Positions 1 to 10,031 are shown, counted from the stretch's first letter. The stretch: 64,000 nucleotides of DNA from an uncultured virus (IMG/VR IMGVR_UViG_3300025471_000688) (IMGVR_UViG_3300025471_000688); one strand, 5' to 3'. Notes: generated by a model not told the origin, from the letters alone. A program made the numbers and translations.

Positions 1-335
1 CGGCGATCACCGTTCACTCGTTCCCTGTCTAGTTGTTCTTTCTCCTCTTCGAGGATCAGCATGGCGTAGAACTCGTCGGCGCGGATCTCATCGAGTGAGA
101 CTCGCACGCCCAGCTTCAGCGCCGCTCGCAGATCGAGCGCGCGGCGGATGAGCAGTCCGGTTTCGCTCGACTGCGCGGCGTCGAGCTTATCGAGCGGACA
201 GTGGTCGCAGCGACCGCCGTCCTCCGGTGCGTCAGGACACAGCCGTGGATCGCACAGCTCCTCGCGCCGAAGGGCCCAGTGGATCAGGAAACGGACGGAA
301 GGCCGCTCCGGCCACTCCCCGTTCAGAAGTTTGGG
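1..335 (-). CDS. Tail assembly chaperone, -1 frameshift extension (gpT-like), partial
   Basis: The -1 frame is open from the slippery heptamer CCCAAAC (335-329) to the window edge (KLLNGEWPERPSVRFLIHWALRREELCDPRLC...CDHC...) and has no ATG near its 5' end. Confidence 0.7.
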
Positions 336-928
336 TCGCGGTCCTCCTGGAAAGCGGCATCGAGCGCATCGATGGCGGCCTTGACCGCCACGGCCTGGTG
401 GATGATCGGGACCTCGCCGGCGTATCCCTCGGCCGATCGCGCGAGCTTCTTGTAGAGCGTGTTCGCGGCTGCCAGGTTGATGGTCAGCTCCTGCTTGTTG
501 AAGGGCAGGTCGAGGATGCGCGCGAACGCGCGGCGGTACTCGAAGACGTCCTTCGCCGAGGGCATCGCAAGCACGTGGACCGCTGTGCCCCCAAGCACAC
601 GGAGCGTAATGCGGAACGCATCGCCGGTTTGGATGACGTCGTCCACTTCGGCCTGGCTCAACTGCTCGATGATGCGGCTGGCCTCGAACGGATCGACCTC
701 GACCGGATCCTGCTCCTCGGCGCGGATCTTCGCGAGTAGGGCGGCGTCCACGTCCTCGGAGTTGGGGACTACGGTTTCGGAGATGCCGCGCCCGAGTTGC
801 TTGATGATCACCTTCCGCCTGCGCTGGCGTTCGGACCACTCCTCGTCAGAGGGAAAGCGCAGACGAACCGTCTTCACGCCTTCCGGAGTCCGCAAGTTCA
901 TTGTGATGGGTTTGGTTGCATCAAACAT
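323..928 (-). CDS. Tail assembly chaperone (gpG-like)
   Basis: 201 aa, directly after the tail tube gene; ends in an in-frame C CCA AAC slippery site. Confidence 0.7.
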   Translation of the reverse strand: MFDATKPITMNLRTPEGVKTVRLRFPSDEEWSERQRRRKVIIKQLGRGISETVVPNSEDVDAALLAKIRAEEQDPVEVDPFEASRIIEQLSQAEVDDVIQTGDAFRITLRVLGGTAVHVLAMPSAKDVFEYRRAFARILDLPFNKQELTINLAAANTLYKKLARSAEGYAGEVPIIHQAVAVKAAIDALDAAFQEDRDPNF

Positions 929-937
929 GGGAGGCTC

Positions 938-1978
938 CTACTGGCAGATGCTGTCCACGCCGCACTTGGCGACGGCCGAGACGATGCCGTTGGTCGCATC
1001 GAACATCGGCAGGCACTCGACGGCGACAGTGACGATGCCGTCGGTCTCGCCAACCTCGGCGGTGGCGAAAGAGACCTTGTGCCAGGTGATCTCGAGCGAG
1101 TTATTGGCATCGTAGGTGAGGGAAATCACCGCCGTACCCGTGGTCTGGTTCTTGAGCTTGGTCAGTTCGGTGGAGCCGCTCTCGAATCGCGCGGTAAAGC
1201 GCAGCGTGCCCTGCCGGTTGCCGAACTCCAACCTGCCGCGGATCGCGCCGCTCGTGGCGTCACCGGCCGTCTGGAAGCCCGAGCCGGGATAGAAGCCCGC
1301 GTCCATACGGATGTTGTTTCTCCAGCCCGTCTCGAGCGACACGATGTTCTTATTCGAGACGTAGTCGACGCCGTCGATGCTCAGCGCGAGCGAGGCCGAA
1401 GGCAGCAGCTTTTCGAGAGTGGCCGCCGGCATCACTACGCCGGAAGGCTCGGTAAACTTGCCGGAACCGGCAAACTCTACCGCGATGCGGCTGTTGGTGC
1501 GCCCCGGCCCGCTGCCGAGCGTGATGGTCCAGCCCTCAACCACGCAGCCGACCGCCATGCGGTCGAGCACCACACCCGCGCCCGGGCGGATCTGCTCGAC
1601 GAAGGAGAAGTAAGGCAGTTCGGCCGGATCACCGTTGGCCGGCATGAGCGGCGTGCAGGTGTAGGTGAAGTTCGGGGCGGCGCCGGATTTGACCACTTTG
1701 CCCAGGCCGAACGCCATCGCCCAGGCCGCGATCTCCGCGCCCAGGTACTTCTCGAGCGTGCCCGAAACGTCCCAGGAGGTCTGGAAGGACTGCGTTGGAA
1801 ACTCGTGGCCCTTGCCGAACTCCTCGGCGTCGTTCTCGGTGTTGAGTCTGGGGTTGACGAGAGCGGCATTGAGCTTGCCGAAGCGCCACATCTCGGCGTC
1901 GGTGTTGGCCGTCGCGATGTCGGTCTGCTTCTGCTTGCCGAAGCAGATCAGAATTTCTTGCAGTCTAGCCGTGGACAT
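938..1978 (-). CDS. Major tail tube protein
   Basis: 346 aa from MSTARLQ; beta-rich, G/T-rich; lies between the tail terminator and chaperone positions. Confidence 0.7.
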   Translation of the reverse strand: MSTARLQEILICFGKQKQTDIATANTDAEMWRFGKLNAALVNPRLNTENDAEEFGKGHEFPTQSFQTSWDVSGTLEKYLGAEIAAWAMAFGLGKVVKSGAAPNFTYTCTPLMPANGDPAELPYFSFVEQIRPGAGVVLDRMAVGCVVEGWTITLGSGPGRTNSRIAVEFAGSGKFTEPSGVVMPAATLEKLLPSASLALSIDGVDYVSNKNIVSLETGWRNNIRMDAGFYPGSGFQTAGDATSGAIRGRLEFGNRQGTLRFTARFESGSTELTKLKNQTTGTAVISLTYDANNSLEITWHKVSFATAEVGETDGIVTVAVECLPMFDATNGIVSAVAKCGVDSICQ

Positions 1979-2123
1979 CTTCCGTTGCCTCCTCCCTTGA
2001 GGCCGGCGGCTCGCATTGTGAATAGCCGGCGACCATGAGGGGTATGAGCACTTCGGGCTTTGCTTCGACCTGTACCGGCTCACCTTGTCCGAAGGGCGGA
2101 CTCATCCAGATAAACTCATTCAT
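1965..2123 (-). CDS. Small hypothetical protein (52 aa)
   Basis: MNEFIWMSPPFGQGEPVQVEAKPEVLIPLMVAGYSQC...; fills the gap and overlaps both neighbours; below the ORF-track cutoff. Confidence 0.5.
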   Translation of the reverse strand: MNEFIWMSPPFGQGEPVQVEAKPEVLIPLMVAGYSQCEPPASREEATEDVHG

Positions 2124-2589
2124 CGCCAATCTCCGTAAACGTGATGGGAACTTCGAAATAATCCAGCCCCTCGGCGTCGGTCTGCCGCTGGATCTGCGGC
2201 AGGTCCATCGGGTAGCAGGAAGGGTGGACCGTGGCGTTCAGCATCGGCACTTCCGATCCGGCCGGCACGCCTTTGGTGATCAGCCGGAACAGCCGGTAGT
2301 ACGCAGCCGGCGGATTGCTCTCGTCCGCCTCCCGCGAACGCAGGTAGAGGGTGACCTGGTGCTTCCAAACATCCACGGTGCCGAACGTGCCGGGCGCGGT
2401 GCCCTGCCATACGGCCATCACCGCCGGGGCCGGCATAGTGTGGATGGCCTGCGCCAGACTTGCCTTCTTCGGGTACTGGTCGTGGTAGGCGTAGATGCGC
2501 TTCGGATCACCATCCATCTCCGCGACAAGATCCGGAATCGACCGCAGCAACGCGACCAAGTTGTCCACGAGTTCGGCGGGATTGATCAT
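2116..2589 (-). CDS. Putative tail terminator / tail completion protein
   Basis: 157 aa; synteny in the neck module. Confidence 0.5.
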   Translation of the reverse strand: MINPAELVDNLVALLRSIPDLVAEMDGDPKRIYAYHDQYPKKASLAQAIHTMPAPAVMAVWQGTAPGTFGTVDVWKHQVTLYLRSREADESNPPAAYYRLFRLITKGVPAGSEVPMLNATVHPSCYPMDLPQIQRQTDAEGLDYFEVPITFTEIGDE

Positions 2590-3041
2590 CGCTGCCTGCC
2601 TCCGAGCGCACGTTCAATCAGAAGCGTGCTTTTCATCTCGTTGAGCACCCGCCGCGCCGCCTCGAGCACGGCGGCCCGGTTCTTCGGCGAGAAGACCACC
2701 CAGGGCTCGATCTTCTGGTTGACCCACGCCTTGATGCGGTCCTTGCGGGTTGAGAGGCCCGCCCGCGCGCGGTTCTCGCTCACCGTCCGGACCATGAAGT
2801 TGCGGAGCATATCGCCGGTCAGCGTAAGATTCCGGCGATTGCCCTTGCCGAGCCTGGTCTTGCGGATCGCGTAGCGCTTGGAGAGCGGCTTCGCCGGCGC
2901 ATCCGACGGCCCGAGCGCGGCGCCCACCCGATGCTTTACGGCCGCGACGCCGACGTTGCCGATCTTGAACATCTGGTGCTGCTTGAAGTTCAGCCGGTCA
3001 AGCCGGATCTGCTTCTTCTGCCAGATGCGCACAGCGGCCAT
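2586..3041 (-). CDS. Putative neck / virion morphogenesis protein
   Basis: 151 aa, basic; LTLTGDMLRN resembles the L-x-x-TG-x-L/M motif of neck proteins; synteny. Confidence 0.55.
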   Translation of the reverse strand: MAAVRIWQKKQIRLDRLNFKQHQMFKIGNVGVAAVKHRVGAALGPSDAPAKPLSKRYAIRKTRLGKGNRRNLTLTGDMLRNFMVRTVSENRARAGLSTRKDRIKAWVNQKIEPWVVFSPKNRAAVLEAARRVLNEMKSTLLIERALGGRQR

Positions 3042-3044
3042 AGG

Positions 3045-3347
3045 TCAGGTCTGACGCAGGCGCAGGATGAGGCCGCCAGCGTGGTCGGCCAGGATGTCGA
3101 ATACCTTGTAGGAGACGCCGTCCACATTCACCTCATCCCCGCGCTTCGGCGGCGCCGCAAGATCCGAGGCGCGAAGAAACACGGCCGCATATACGCCGGG
3201 CGCGTTCTCCTCGGCCTCGCGGGTTTCTTCGAAGATCGCCTTGACCGTCACCTGCTGCCTGGTCTGCGGCGAATACACGACCTCCCGGCCGAACGCACCC
3301 AGCACGCCGGCATTGAGCGCGCCGGCCAGGGAGGTCCAATCGGCCAT
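3045..3347 (-). CDS. Head-tail joining protein (gpFII-like)
   Basis: 100 aa following the capsid gene; PKRGDEVNVDGVSYKV beta-barrel motif. Confidence 0.7.
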   Translation of the reverse strand: MADWTSLAGALNAGVLGAFGREVVYSPQTRQQVTVKAIFEETREAEENAPGVYAAVFLRASDLAAPPKRGDEVNVDGVSYKVFDILADHAGGLILRLRQT

Positions 3348-3350
3348 GGC

Positions 3351-4361
3351 TCAGGCCTTCGTGCCCTTGACCAGCACTTCCGGCCGGAGGCAGATCGGAA
3401 GCGGGTTCGACTGCGTGTGCAGATCGGTGCCACGCCCGAACTTGCGCGGCTCCTGCTTGGCGTACAGCGGCAGGCCGAGCGTGTTCGCCGTCTCGTTGAA
3501 ATCGGCCGGCGCGAAGTACGTCCGGAAGGTGTTGGCGGTCCCCAGCGGGAAGAAATGCGCCTCGTCGTCGGCGATGAACTTCCGCACGTTGCCCGCCGCG
3601 TCGGTCGCCTGGCCCCGGTACTCCTCGAACGTGATCCCGCCGAAGGTGAAGCCGGTGCGGTAGTCGTTGCCGAGTTGCTGGTTGCGCTGGTAGTACTTAA
3701 ACGCATCTTCTACCGAGTCGTGCGTGGTGAAGGCGTCATAAAAGCCCTGCGAGCACAGGCACAAAATGCCGGTCATGAACTCGCCTTTGAGGTTGTCCTC
3801 GATGTGGCGCTTCACTTCGAGCACCTTCAGCAGCACTTCGGTCGTGGCGCTGCCCAGCGCGAAGTTGACCGTCTTCGGCGTGATGCCGAACTCGCTGTAG
3901 AGGTCATAGAGGGTGGAGCCGTCGGCATCCAGGATCACGCCCTTGAGCGCGCCCATGCGCAGGTACTCGAGCGTGATGGCGTGCTTGTTGCGCATGTTCT
4001 GAAGCTTCTGCGCGAGCAGGTTCGCGAGCGCGTCCGTCTCCGTTTCAGAGCCGAACGCGCGGATGCCCTGGACCTCTTCGGGCAGCACGGCGTCGTCGTG
4101 CGGGATGTGCGGGATCACGAACGACCGCACCTTGCGCTTGCCCTGCGTGCCGACCGTGCCGGGCGCGCCCACGGGCTGCGTGGGCAGCAGGTTCAGCACG
4201 CCGCTCATCTCCTCGATGATGATCGTGCGAGTGCGGACGCCCTGCGGCGGCATGAGGTTCAACTGCTCCAGCCGGCCGTAGGTGTTCGGGATCTTGTTGA
4301 TGGCGGCGGTCAGCGCCGCCATATCGAAAGCGTCGGTTGCAAACGGATTGATGATCGGCAT
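3351..4361 (-). CDS. Major capsid protein (lambda gpE family)
   Basis: 336 aa; motifs IPHIPHDDAVLPEEVQGIRAFG, LEYLRMGALKG, QSNPLPICLRP. Confidence 0.92.
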   Translation of the reverse strand: MPIINPFATDAFDMAALTAAINKIPNTYGRLEQLNLMPPQGVRTRTIIIEEMSGVLNLLPTQPVGAPGTVGTQGKRKVRSFVIPHIPHDDAVLPEEVQGIRAFGSETETDALANLLAQKLQNMRNKHAITLEYLRMGALKGVILDADGSTLYDLYSEFGITPKTVNFALGSATTEVLLKVLEVKRHIEDNLKGEFMTGILCLCSQGFYDAFTTHDSVEDAFKYYQRNQQLGNDYRTGFTFGGITFEEYRGQATDAAGNVRKFIADDEAHFFPLGTANTFRTYFAPADFNETANTLGLPLYAKQEPRKFGRGTDLHTQSNPLPICLRPEVLVKGTKA

Positions 4362-4364
4362 GGA

Positions 4365-4739
4365 TTACGCTCCTTCCCGGACGAGAATGCCCAGCTCTTT
4401 CAGCTGCGTGATGGCAGTCGCTTTCTGCGGACCGGTGATGCCCTCGGGCCAAACTAGGGCGTTCTCGGCACAGATCGCGTGGCGCGCGATGATGACGCCG
4501 GGCGCATCGGCGGCGCTTGCGTCCACATCGAGCAGCAGCACGCCCGCGGCTTTCTCAGAGCCGTCGGCGGCGGCCGGTGCGAGCTGTGTCACCTTACTGC
4601 TCGCGGTGATGATACCGACCACAGTGCCGGTCTTGAGGTTCTGGCCTGAAATCACGGTGACCTTGTCGCGGCTGTAGAGGTTGTCCTCTTCGTGCTTCAG
4701 CCAATCGCCCAGGTAGTTACCTTCGGTTTGAACAGGCAT
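4365..4739 (-). CDS. Head decoration protein (gpD-like)
   Basis: 124 aa; SRDKVT...GTVVG...DGSEKAAGVLL; immediately upstream of the capsid gene. Confidence 0.88.
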   Translation of the reverse strand: MPVQTEGNYLGDWLKHEEDNLYSRDKVTVISGQNLKTGTVVGIITASSKVTQLAPAAADGSEKAAGVLLLDVDASAADAPGVIIARHAICAENALVWPEGITGPQKATAITQLKELGILVREGA

Positions 4740-4740
4740 G

Positions 4741-5070
4741 TCAGTTCACCCCTTTCCCGGCCAGGCGTTCGACGGCCTTGATCACCGGGTTGTTGTCGAG
4801 ATTCGCCTTGGCGACGGTTCCGGTCTCCGGCATCACGTGCGAGCGGATCTCAGCGGCGTCCTCGGCGGCGCGGGCCTCCAGCAGGTGCTGGCGCGCTTCG
4901 GCCGCGCTCGCCTGTTTCGCCAGCAGCGCGGCGGCTTTGCCCGGCATGCCCGCCAAGGCGCACAATTCCACGATTTCCCGCGCTTCGGCGTAGCCTTGCC
5001 GGCGAGCCTCGGCGCGGATGGCTTCCACATCCACGGCGGAAGGCTCCGCCGCGTGCTGTTCTTCGTTCAT
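4741..5070 (-). CDS. Nested in-frame scaffolding protein (Nu3-like)
   Basis: Internal ATG (MNEEQHAAE) preceded by AAGGGAG; Ala/Glu-rich helical C-terminus; same arrangement as lambda C/Nu3. Confidence 0.6.
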   Translation of the reverse strand: MNEEQHAAEPSAVDVEAIRAEARRQGYAEAREIVELCALAGMPGKAAALLAKQASAAEARQHLLEARAAEDAAEIRSHVMPETGTVAKANLDNNPVIKAVERLAGKGVN

Positions 5071-5943
5071 GCTGCTTCTCCCTTGAAATTGGATTGAAAC
5101 GGTGCGGGCCGAAATGGCCTCGCGAAGACCGGCCAGGGCGTCCTGGCGGGTTCCGAGTCTGTCGGCGAGTTGTGCCGCGACGGCGTCGCCGCCAAAGTAC
5201 AGCCTGGCTTCGGTGTCGCGGATCGCGGACTCATCCACGCCACGGTTGCGCGCGACCGCGCCGACGAGCAGGCCGTAAGTGCGATCCACCTCGGCTTCGA
5301 GCACCCGGCGCGCCTCTTCACTCAACGGCGTGTGCGGGTTGAAGTCGGCCTTGCGCGCGCCCGCGTGGACGATGGTGTACCTGTAGCCGAGCTTTTCATC
5401 GCTCGCGCTCACGTCGAGGTGCGTGACGATCACCCCGATACTGCCGAGGCCGGACGTGCGGCCTGCATAGATTCGCTCCGCGCCGGATGCCAGCAGGTAA
5501 GCCCCGCTGAATGCATCCGTGTCGGCCACCGCAAAGATCGGCTTGGCGGAGCGCGCGGCGTAGATCGTGTCGGCGGCGTCGAACACACCCGCCACCTCGC
5601 CGCCCGGCGAATCGATATCGAGCAAGATGCCCTTGATCGCTGGATCGGTCGCGGCGTCTTCGATCTCCTCCTGGATGTCCACGTAGGACCGCAGACCAGA
5701 AAGCGCGTCGAGCCCGTACGCCTTGTGAACCAGCGTGCCCTCGATCGGGATCACGGCGATGCCGTCCGGAGTGACTTCATACGGCTTCCGGGCGGGGCGT
5801 TCCGAGGTCGCCGCCGCGGCGGGCGCAGGCACCTCGAGGCCGAGGCGCGGCGCGAGCACGGCGAGAATCACTTCGAGCTTTTGCGGTGCGATCAGCAGTG
5901 GGGTATCAAAGATCCGCGCCGCCAGATGTGGCAGAAGCGTCAT
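4741..5943 (-). CDS. S49 family capsid maturation protease (gpC-like) with C-terminal scaffold
   Basis: 400 aa from MTLLPHL; LDIDSPGGE, AFSGAY, GSIGV motifs. Confidence 0.9.
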   Translation of the reverse strand: MTLLPHLAARIFDTPLLIAPQKLEVILAVLAPRLGLEVPAPAAAATSERPARKPYEVTPDGIAVIPIEGTLVHKAYGLDALSGLRSYVDIQEEIEDAATDPAIKGILLDIDSPGGEVAGVFDAADTIYAARSAKPIFAVADTDAFSGAYLLASGAERIYAGRTSGLGSIGVIVTHLDVSASDEKLGYRYTIVHAGARKADFNPHTPLSEEARRVLEAEVDRTYGLLVGAVARNRGVDESAIRDTEARLYFGGDAVAAQLADRLGTRQDALAGLREAISARTVSIQFQGRSSMNEEQHAAEPSAVDVEAIRAEARRQGYAEAREIVELCALAGMPGKAAALLAKQASAAEARQHLLEARAAEDAAEIRSHVMPETGTVAKANLDNNPVIKAVERLAGKGVN

Positions 5944-7348
5944 TGGTTTCCTTTCGCGGGTCGGAGTCGTATTCCAGGCCGAGTTGGTCGGCCCGCGTGT
6001 TGTCGGCGGCGATCTCTCGGTCGATCTCCTCGGCGTCATAGCCTTGTTCGGAGACCACCTCGGCGCGGCTCTTGAAGCCCGCACGCACCGCCATGATTTG
6101 GGCCTTGATGTCCTTGAGCGGATCGACCCAGGCGAAGCCCGGCGGAATCCACTTCACGTCGTAGTTGCCGTCGCCGGCGGGCAGCGCGCCCGCAAGCACG
6201 GCGGCGTCGATCCAGGCCCGCCAGATCGGCCGGCACATCTGGAAGACGATGACCTGATGTTGAAACTGCTCGCAGCGGCGGCGGAACTCCAGCAGGCCGG
6301 CGCGGATCGACGAGTAGTTGACGCCGGTGAGGTCGCCGGTCAACTGCTCGTATGTGATGCCCATGCCGGCGGCGATCGACCGCAACTGGACGCGCATGAA
6401 CGTCTCGTAGCTGGCACCGACATCGGCGGGATTCGAGAACTTCACATCCTCCCCCGGCAGCAGGACTTGAAGCGTGCCGGGCTCCAGGCCGGTGAGCGCG
6501 GCCCCGTTCGCATCCGCTGCGCCCTCGCCGACCAGCACGTCCTCCGGCGCGTTTTTCGTGACGAAGCCCGCGAACATCGCAGCGGTCTTCTTCCGCACCA
6601 GCTCCGCGTCGTCGTACTGGTCGAGTTCGTAGAGCTTGATCAGAACCTGCGTCAGCCAAGGCTGGCCGCGCAGCTGGCCCGGGCGAATCGGGCGGAAGAG
6701 ATGGAGGACTGACTCGGCGGGCACTCGCACCAGTTCGGTCGAGGCCATCGGGTTGAGAGCGTCGCCGGGATGTTCTCGATAAAGATGATAGGCAACGCGC
6801 TTCCCGATCCCGTTGAACTCGATGCCGGCGCGGATGTAGTTTCCGTTTTCGAGCTTCCGCGTTTCGTTGGTCGGCAGATGCTCGGCCTCGAGCAACTGAA
6901 GCTGCAAGGGAATCGAAAGGCCGTCCTTCGGCAGCCGCGGCCGCAAGCGGATGAAGCACTCACCCGCCTCCATGACCGACCGGCACGCCAGCGCCTGGAG
7001 CCCATAGAAGTCCGTGAGGCCGGTGGCGTCGGCTTCATCGGTCCAGCGCAGCCACAGGGCCTGGATCTGTTCTCGCAGCTTCGCGTCGGTGTGTAGCGAC
7101 TGCGGCTTGATGCCGGTCCCGATGCAGTTTCCGACGAAAGCATCGAGCGCGTTGGTGGCCCAAGGATTGCGCCGCACCATGTCGCGCGAGCGCGACCGCA
7201 GCGTGTCCGCGTTCCGGAAGACGAGCGTGTTGACGTCGCTCGCGGCCGGTGACCAGCCGGTTGTGCGCCGCGTCATAGCAGCCGCTTCGTAATCGGCAGC
7301 GGCTCGCGTGCCCGGCAGCCAGGTTTTCATTCGGCTCCAGAGGCCCAT
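5906..7348 (-). CDS. Portal protein, lambda family
   Basis: 480 aa; LRSRSRDMVRRNPWA, GQLRGQPWL, NYSSIRAGLLEFRR, WVDPLKD. Confidence 0.93.
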   Translation of the reverse strand: MGLWSRMKTWLPGTRAAADYEAAAMTRRTTGWSPAASDVNTLVFRNADTLRSRSRDMVRRNPWATNALDAFVGNCIGTGIKPQSLHTDAKLREQIQALWLRWTDEADATGLTDFYGLQALACRSVMEAGECFIRLRPRLPKDGLSIPLQLQLLEAEHLPTNETRKLENGNYIRAGIEFNGIGKRVAYHLYREHPGDALNPMASTELVRVPAESVLHLFRPIRPGQLRGQPWLTQVLIKLYELDQYDDAELVRKKTAAMFAGFVTKNAPEDVLVGEGAADANGAALTGLEPGTLQVLLPGEDVKFSNPADVGASYETFMRVQLRSIAAGMGITYEQLTGDLTGVNYSSIRAGLLEFRRRCEQFQHQVIVFQMCRPIWRAWIDAAVLAGALPAGDGNYDVKWIPPGFAWVDPLKDIKAQIMAVRAGFKSRAEVVSEQGYDAEEIDREIAADNTRADQLGLEYDSDPRKETNDASATSGGADL

Positions 7349-7349
7349 G

Positions 7350-7553
7350 TCAGAAGCCCTTCTCCGTCGAGACACGGATGTGTCGAGTCACGGGCACTCC
7401 GCTGCTCTTGCTGACATCGGCCTCGGCCGCCGCGATCGCCGCCTTCAATTCGTCGATGGTGCGGTATTCGATTTCGCGGTCGCCGAAACGAACACGGCGC
7501 ACGCCGTTCGCGAGAGCGTCGCGTAGGGCTTGCAATTGCTGTTCGGTGTACAT
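7350..7553 (-). CDS. Head-to-tail joining protein (gpW-like)
   Basis: 67 aa MYTEQQLQALRDALANGVRRVRFGDREIEYRTIDEL; between terL and portal. Confidence 0.85.
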   Translation of the reverse strand: MYTEQQLQALRDALANGVRRVRFGDREIEYRTIDELKAAIAAAEADVSKSSGVPVTRHIRVSTEKGF

Positions 7554-7555
7554 CG

Positions 7556-9460
7556 TCAGCGGTCCAGAAAACGGGAGCGAATGATACGCCGTTGGGGGAG
7601 CGCTCGTGGCTTCGGAAGCGCAGGTGGCTCGCTTTGCTCCACCGGTTCCCTCGAAGCGCTGCCGATCTGCTCTTCGAGCGCCTTCCAGTGACGCTCGCCG
7701 AAGCGATCCATGCCGAACTGCGTGGCGGCCGCGCGGCACAAGACGTACGTGTCGAGCGCCTCATTTCGCTCCCGCGTCTTCACCCACTCGAGCTTCCGGT
7801 AGCCTTTCACCACCTTCGGGACCAGTTGCTCGGCGGTGAGCTGTTTGAAGAACTCCTCGGGCAACTGCGGGAAGTGGCAGTAACCAGGGGGGTAGGGTTT
7901 GCTTTCCTCGGTGGGCCGCTCCAGCTTCAACCAGCCGTACAGCTCGCTTTTGAGCATCCCGGTCGCGACCGGCCATACTTTTACGCCGCGCTTGATCTTC
8001 CGGCCATCAAGAGTCACTTCGACCGCGCTGGGCTGACCGATGGGCGCCGAGCCCGTCTCGTAGCCTTTCGTGACCAACACGCGTCCCGGCCCCTGCTCGC
8101 GGGCCCATGCATAGACCTGCTGCGTAGCGAAGCCGGAGTCGACCGCCATCCGTACGATGCCCAGCCGCGCCCCGCACGCATGCGGGTAGGTCGTATTCAG
8201 CAGATCGGTAAGCCGGTCCCAAACCTCGGGGCGGGAGGTGTCGCCATCCAGGACGACATAATCGGTGAGCCAGTTTTCGCGATTGCGCCCCCAGGCGACC
8301 AGAGCGATTTCGAGGCGATCCCGCTGCACGTCGCAGCCGGCGACCAGGAATAGTGCGCCAGCCGGCACCGTGCCCAGCCGGTAATTCTCACGCCGGTCAT
8401 AGAGCCGCTGCCAGTCGGGCGCATCGCCCGCCTCCGCCCACGTCTCCCCGAGCACGGTGTTGACGAAGACCTGAAGCAGCGTTGGATTCTTGCGCGCCTT
8501 CTCAAACATCTCCGCGGCATCGGCCCAACTGAACCAACCCACGGGACTGTAGAGGCTTGAGAGCCAGAATCCCGCCGTGCGCCCATCGCCCACCGCGCTG
8601 GGCCGCCACTCGCCGCGCGCGAGCATCGTGTGCTTCTGATGATTCTCGAGGCGCGCCGAGCAGTGTTCGCAGACATATACCGCCTGCTTCGGCTTGCCCT
8701 TTGGCCAGGTAAGCTGCGCGAACTTCAGCGTCTGATATTCGCCGCAAACCGGGCAAGGCACCCAGTACCGGCGCTGATCGCTTTCCTCGAACGCGGCCTC
8801 GATGCGGCTCAATCCCGCAATCTTGGGCGTCGATACGAGATAAATCTTCCGCCGCGCGAAGGTCCGCGCACGGGCCGCCACAAGCTGGATCGGATCACCT
8901 TCATCGTCGACGTCGCCCGGGTAGCCGTCGATTTCGTCCAGGAACAGGTAACGCGCCGCCATCGAGCGCAGGCCGACAGCGCTGTTGGCGCCGGTCATCA
9001 CCAGCACTCCGCCGGGGAATTCCTTCGCCAGGACCGTGTTGCCGGAGTCGCGCGACCGTGGATCGCGGACCAGCTTGCGCAGCACCTCGGATTCCTCGAT
9101 CAGCGGATCAATGCGCTGCTTCGAGTTCCGCTTCGCCATTTCCACGGTGGGCTGCACGGCCATCATCGGGCCGGGCGCCTGGTGGATGACGTAGCCGATC
9201 CAGTTGTTGCCGCACTCGGTAGCGCCCACCTGAGCGCCCTTCATAAAGACCACGCGCTCAACGGGAGACGACGGCGACAGGCAGTCCATAATCTCCTTCA
9301 GGTAAGGAGTGCGCTCCGTGCGCCATGGGCCCGGTTCAGCCGAGGCGCGCGTCGAGAGCACGCGATACTGGTCGGCCCATTCCGAGACCGTGAGCAGCGG
9401 ATCGGGACGCGCACCCGCGGCGGCAGCCGCGCGATAGACCTCGTCAACGGTTGGCGCCAT
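7556..9460 (-). CDS. terL: Terminase large subunit (gpA family)
   Basis: 634 aa; MKGAQVGAT, LFLDEID, VSTP, CPVC/CEHC, DVQRDRLE, RNEALD. Confidence 0.95.
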   Translation of the reverse strand: MAPTVDEVYRAAAAAGARPDPLLTVSEWADQYRVLSTRASAEPGPWRTERTPYLKEIMDCLSPSSPVERVVFMKGAQVGATECGNNWIGYVIHQAPGPMMAVQPTVEMAKRNSKQRIDPLIEESEVLRKLVRDPRSRDSGNTVLAKEFPGGVLVMTGANSAVGLRSMAARYLFLDEIDGYPGDVDDEGDPIQLVAARARTFARRKIYLVSTPKIAGLSRIEAAFEESDQRRYWVPCPVCGEYQTLKFAQLTWPKGKPKQAVYVCEHCSARLENHQKHTMLARGEWRPSAVGDGRTAGFWLSSLYSPVGWFSWADAAEMFEKARKNPTLLQVFVNTVLGETWAEAGDAPDWQRLYDRRENYRLGTVPAGALFLVAGCDVQRDRLEIALVAWGRNRENWLTDYVVLDGDTSRPEVWDRLTDLLNTTYPHACGARLGIVRMAVDSGFATQQVYAWAREQGPGRVLVTKGYETGSAPIGQPSAVEVTLDGRKIKRGVKVWPVATGMLKSELYGWLKLERPTEESKPYPPGYCHFPQLPEEFFKQLTAEQLVPKVVKGYRKLEWVKTRERNEALDTYVLCRAAATQFGMDRFGERHWKALEEQIGSASREPVEQSEPPALPKPRALPQRRIIRSRFLDR

Positions 9461-9968
9461 CGGCGAACTCCAGTAAGGCTTTCCGGATCTCGGTTGCGAG
9501 GATCTCGTGAACCCTGGCGGGATCGGATTCCGCAGCCAGGACGGCCGCGACGCGATCCGGGATGTTCAGCATGCCGTCGCGGAACGTGCGGAACTTGTTG
9601 AACGCCGCCACCTGCACCTCGTCGCGGCTGACCAGCTTTCCCGAGCGCTCCTCGAACTCGATCTTGGCGAGGCGCGCCAGATAGTTCTCGCGCACCGCCC
9701 GGGCGCGAGCATAATCGAGCGGGCCGGCCGCGGCGGGTTCCGGCCGTGGCGTTTCGGCGGACGTCTGCGCACGGCGCGGCGCCGGCGATGAAGTGGCGAT
9801 GGTCGCCTGGCGCGGTCCAGTGTTGCGCACCCAGTCGGCGTCGGCCTGATCGACGTCGATCTTGCCGTCGCTCGTGGTCCGAATCCGCCCGGATTGAATC
9901 GCTTTCTGGACGGCCTTCAGAGTCACGCCGCGATGCTTGGCATAAGCGCGCAGACTGACGACGGGCAT
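9444..9968 (-). CDS. terS: Terminase small subunit (Nu1-like)
   Basis: 174 aa; N-terminal wHTH SLRAYAKHRGVTLKAVQKAIQSGRI; coiled-coil and GKLV; overlaps terL. Confidence 0.8.
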   Translation of the reverse strand: MPVVSLRAYAKHRGVTLKAVQKAIQSGRIRTTSDGKIDVDQADADWVRNTGPRQATIATSSPAPRRAQTSAETPRPEPAAAGPLDYARARAVRENYLARLAKIEFEERSGKLVSRDEVQVAAFNKFRTFRDGMLNIPDRVAAVLAAESDPARVHEILATEIRKALLEFADGANR

Positions 9969-10031
9969 CGATTCTTTCTCGCGAGGAACGACTTGCTATT
10001 CCGGCGAACCGAAGCGATGAATGGGTTCGCC

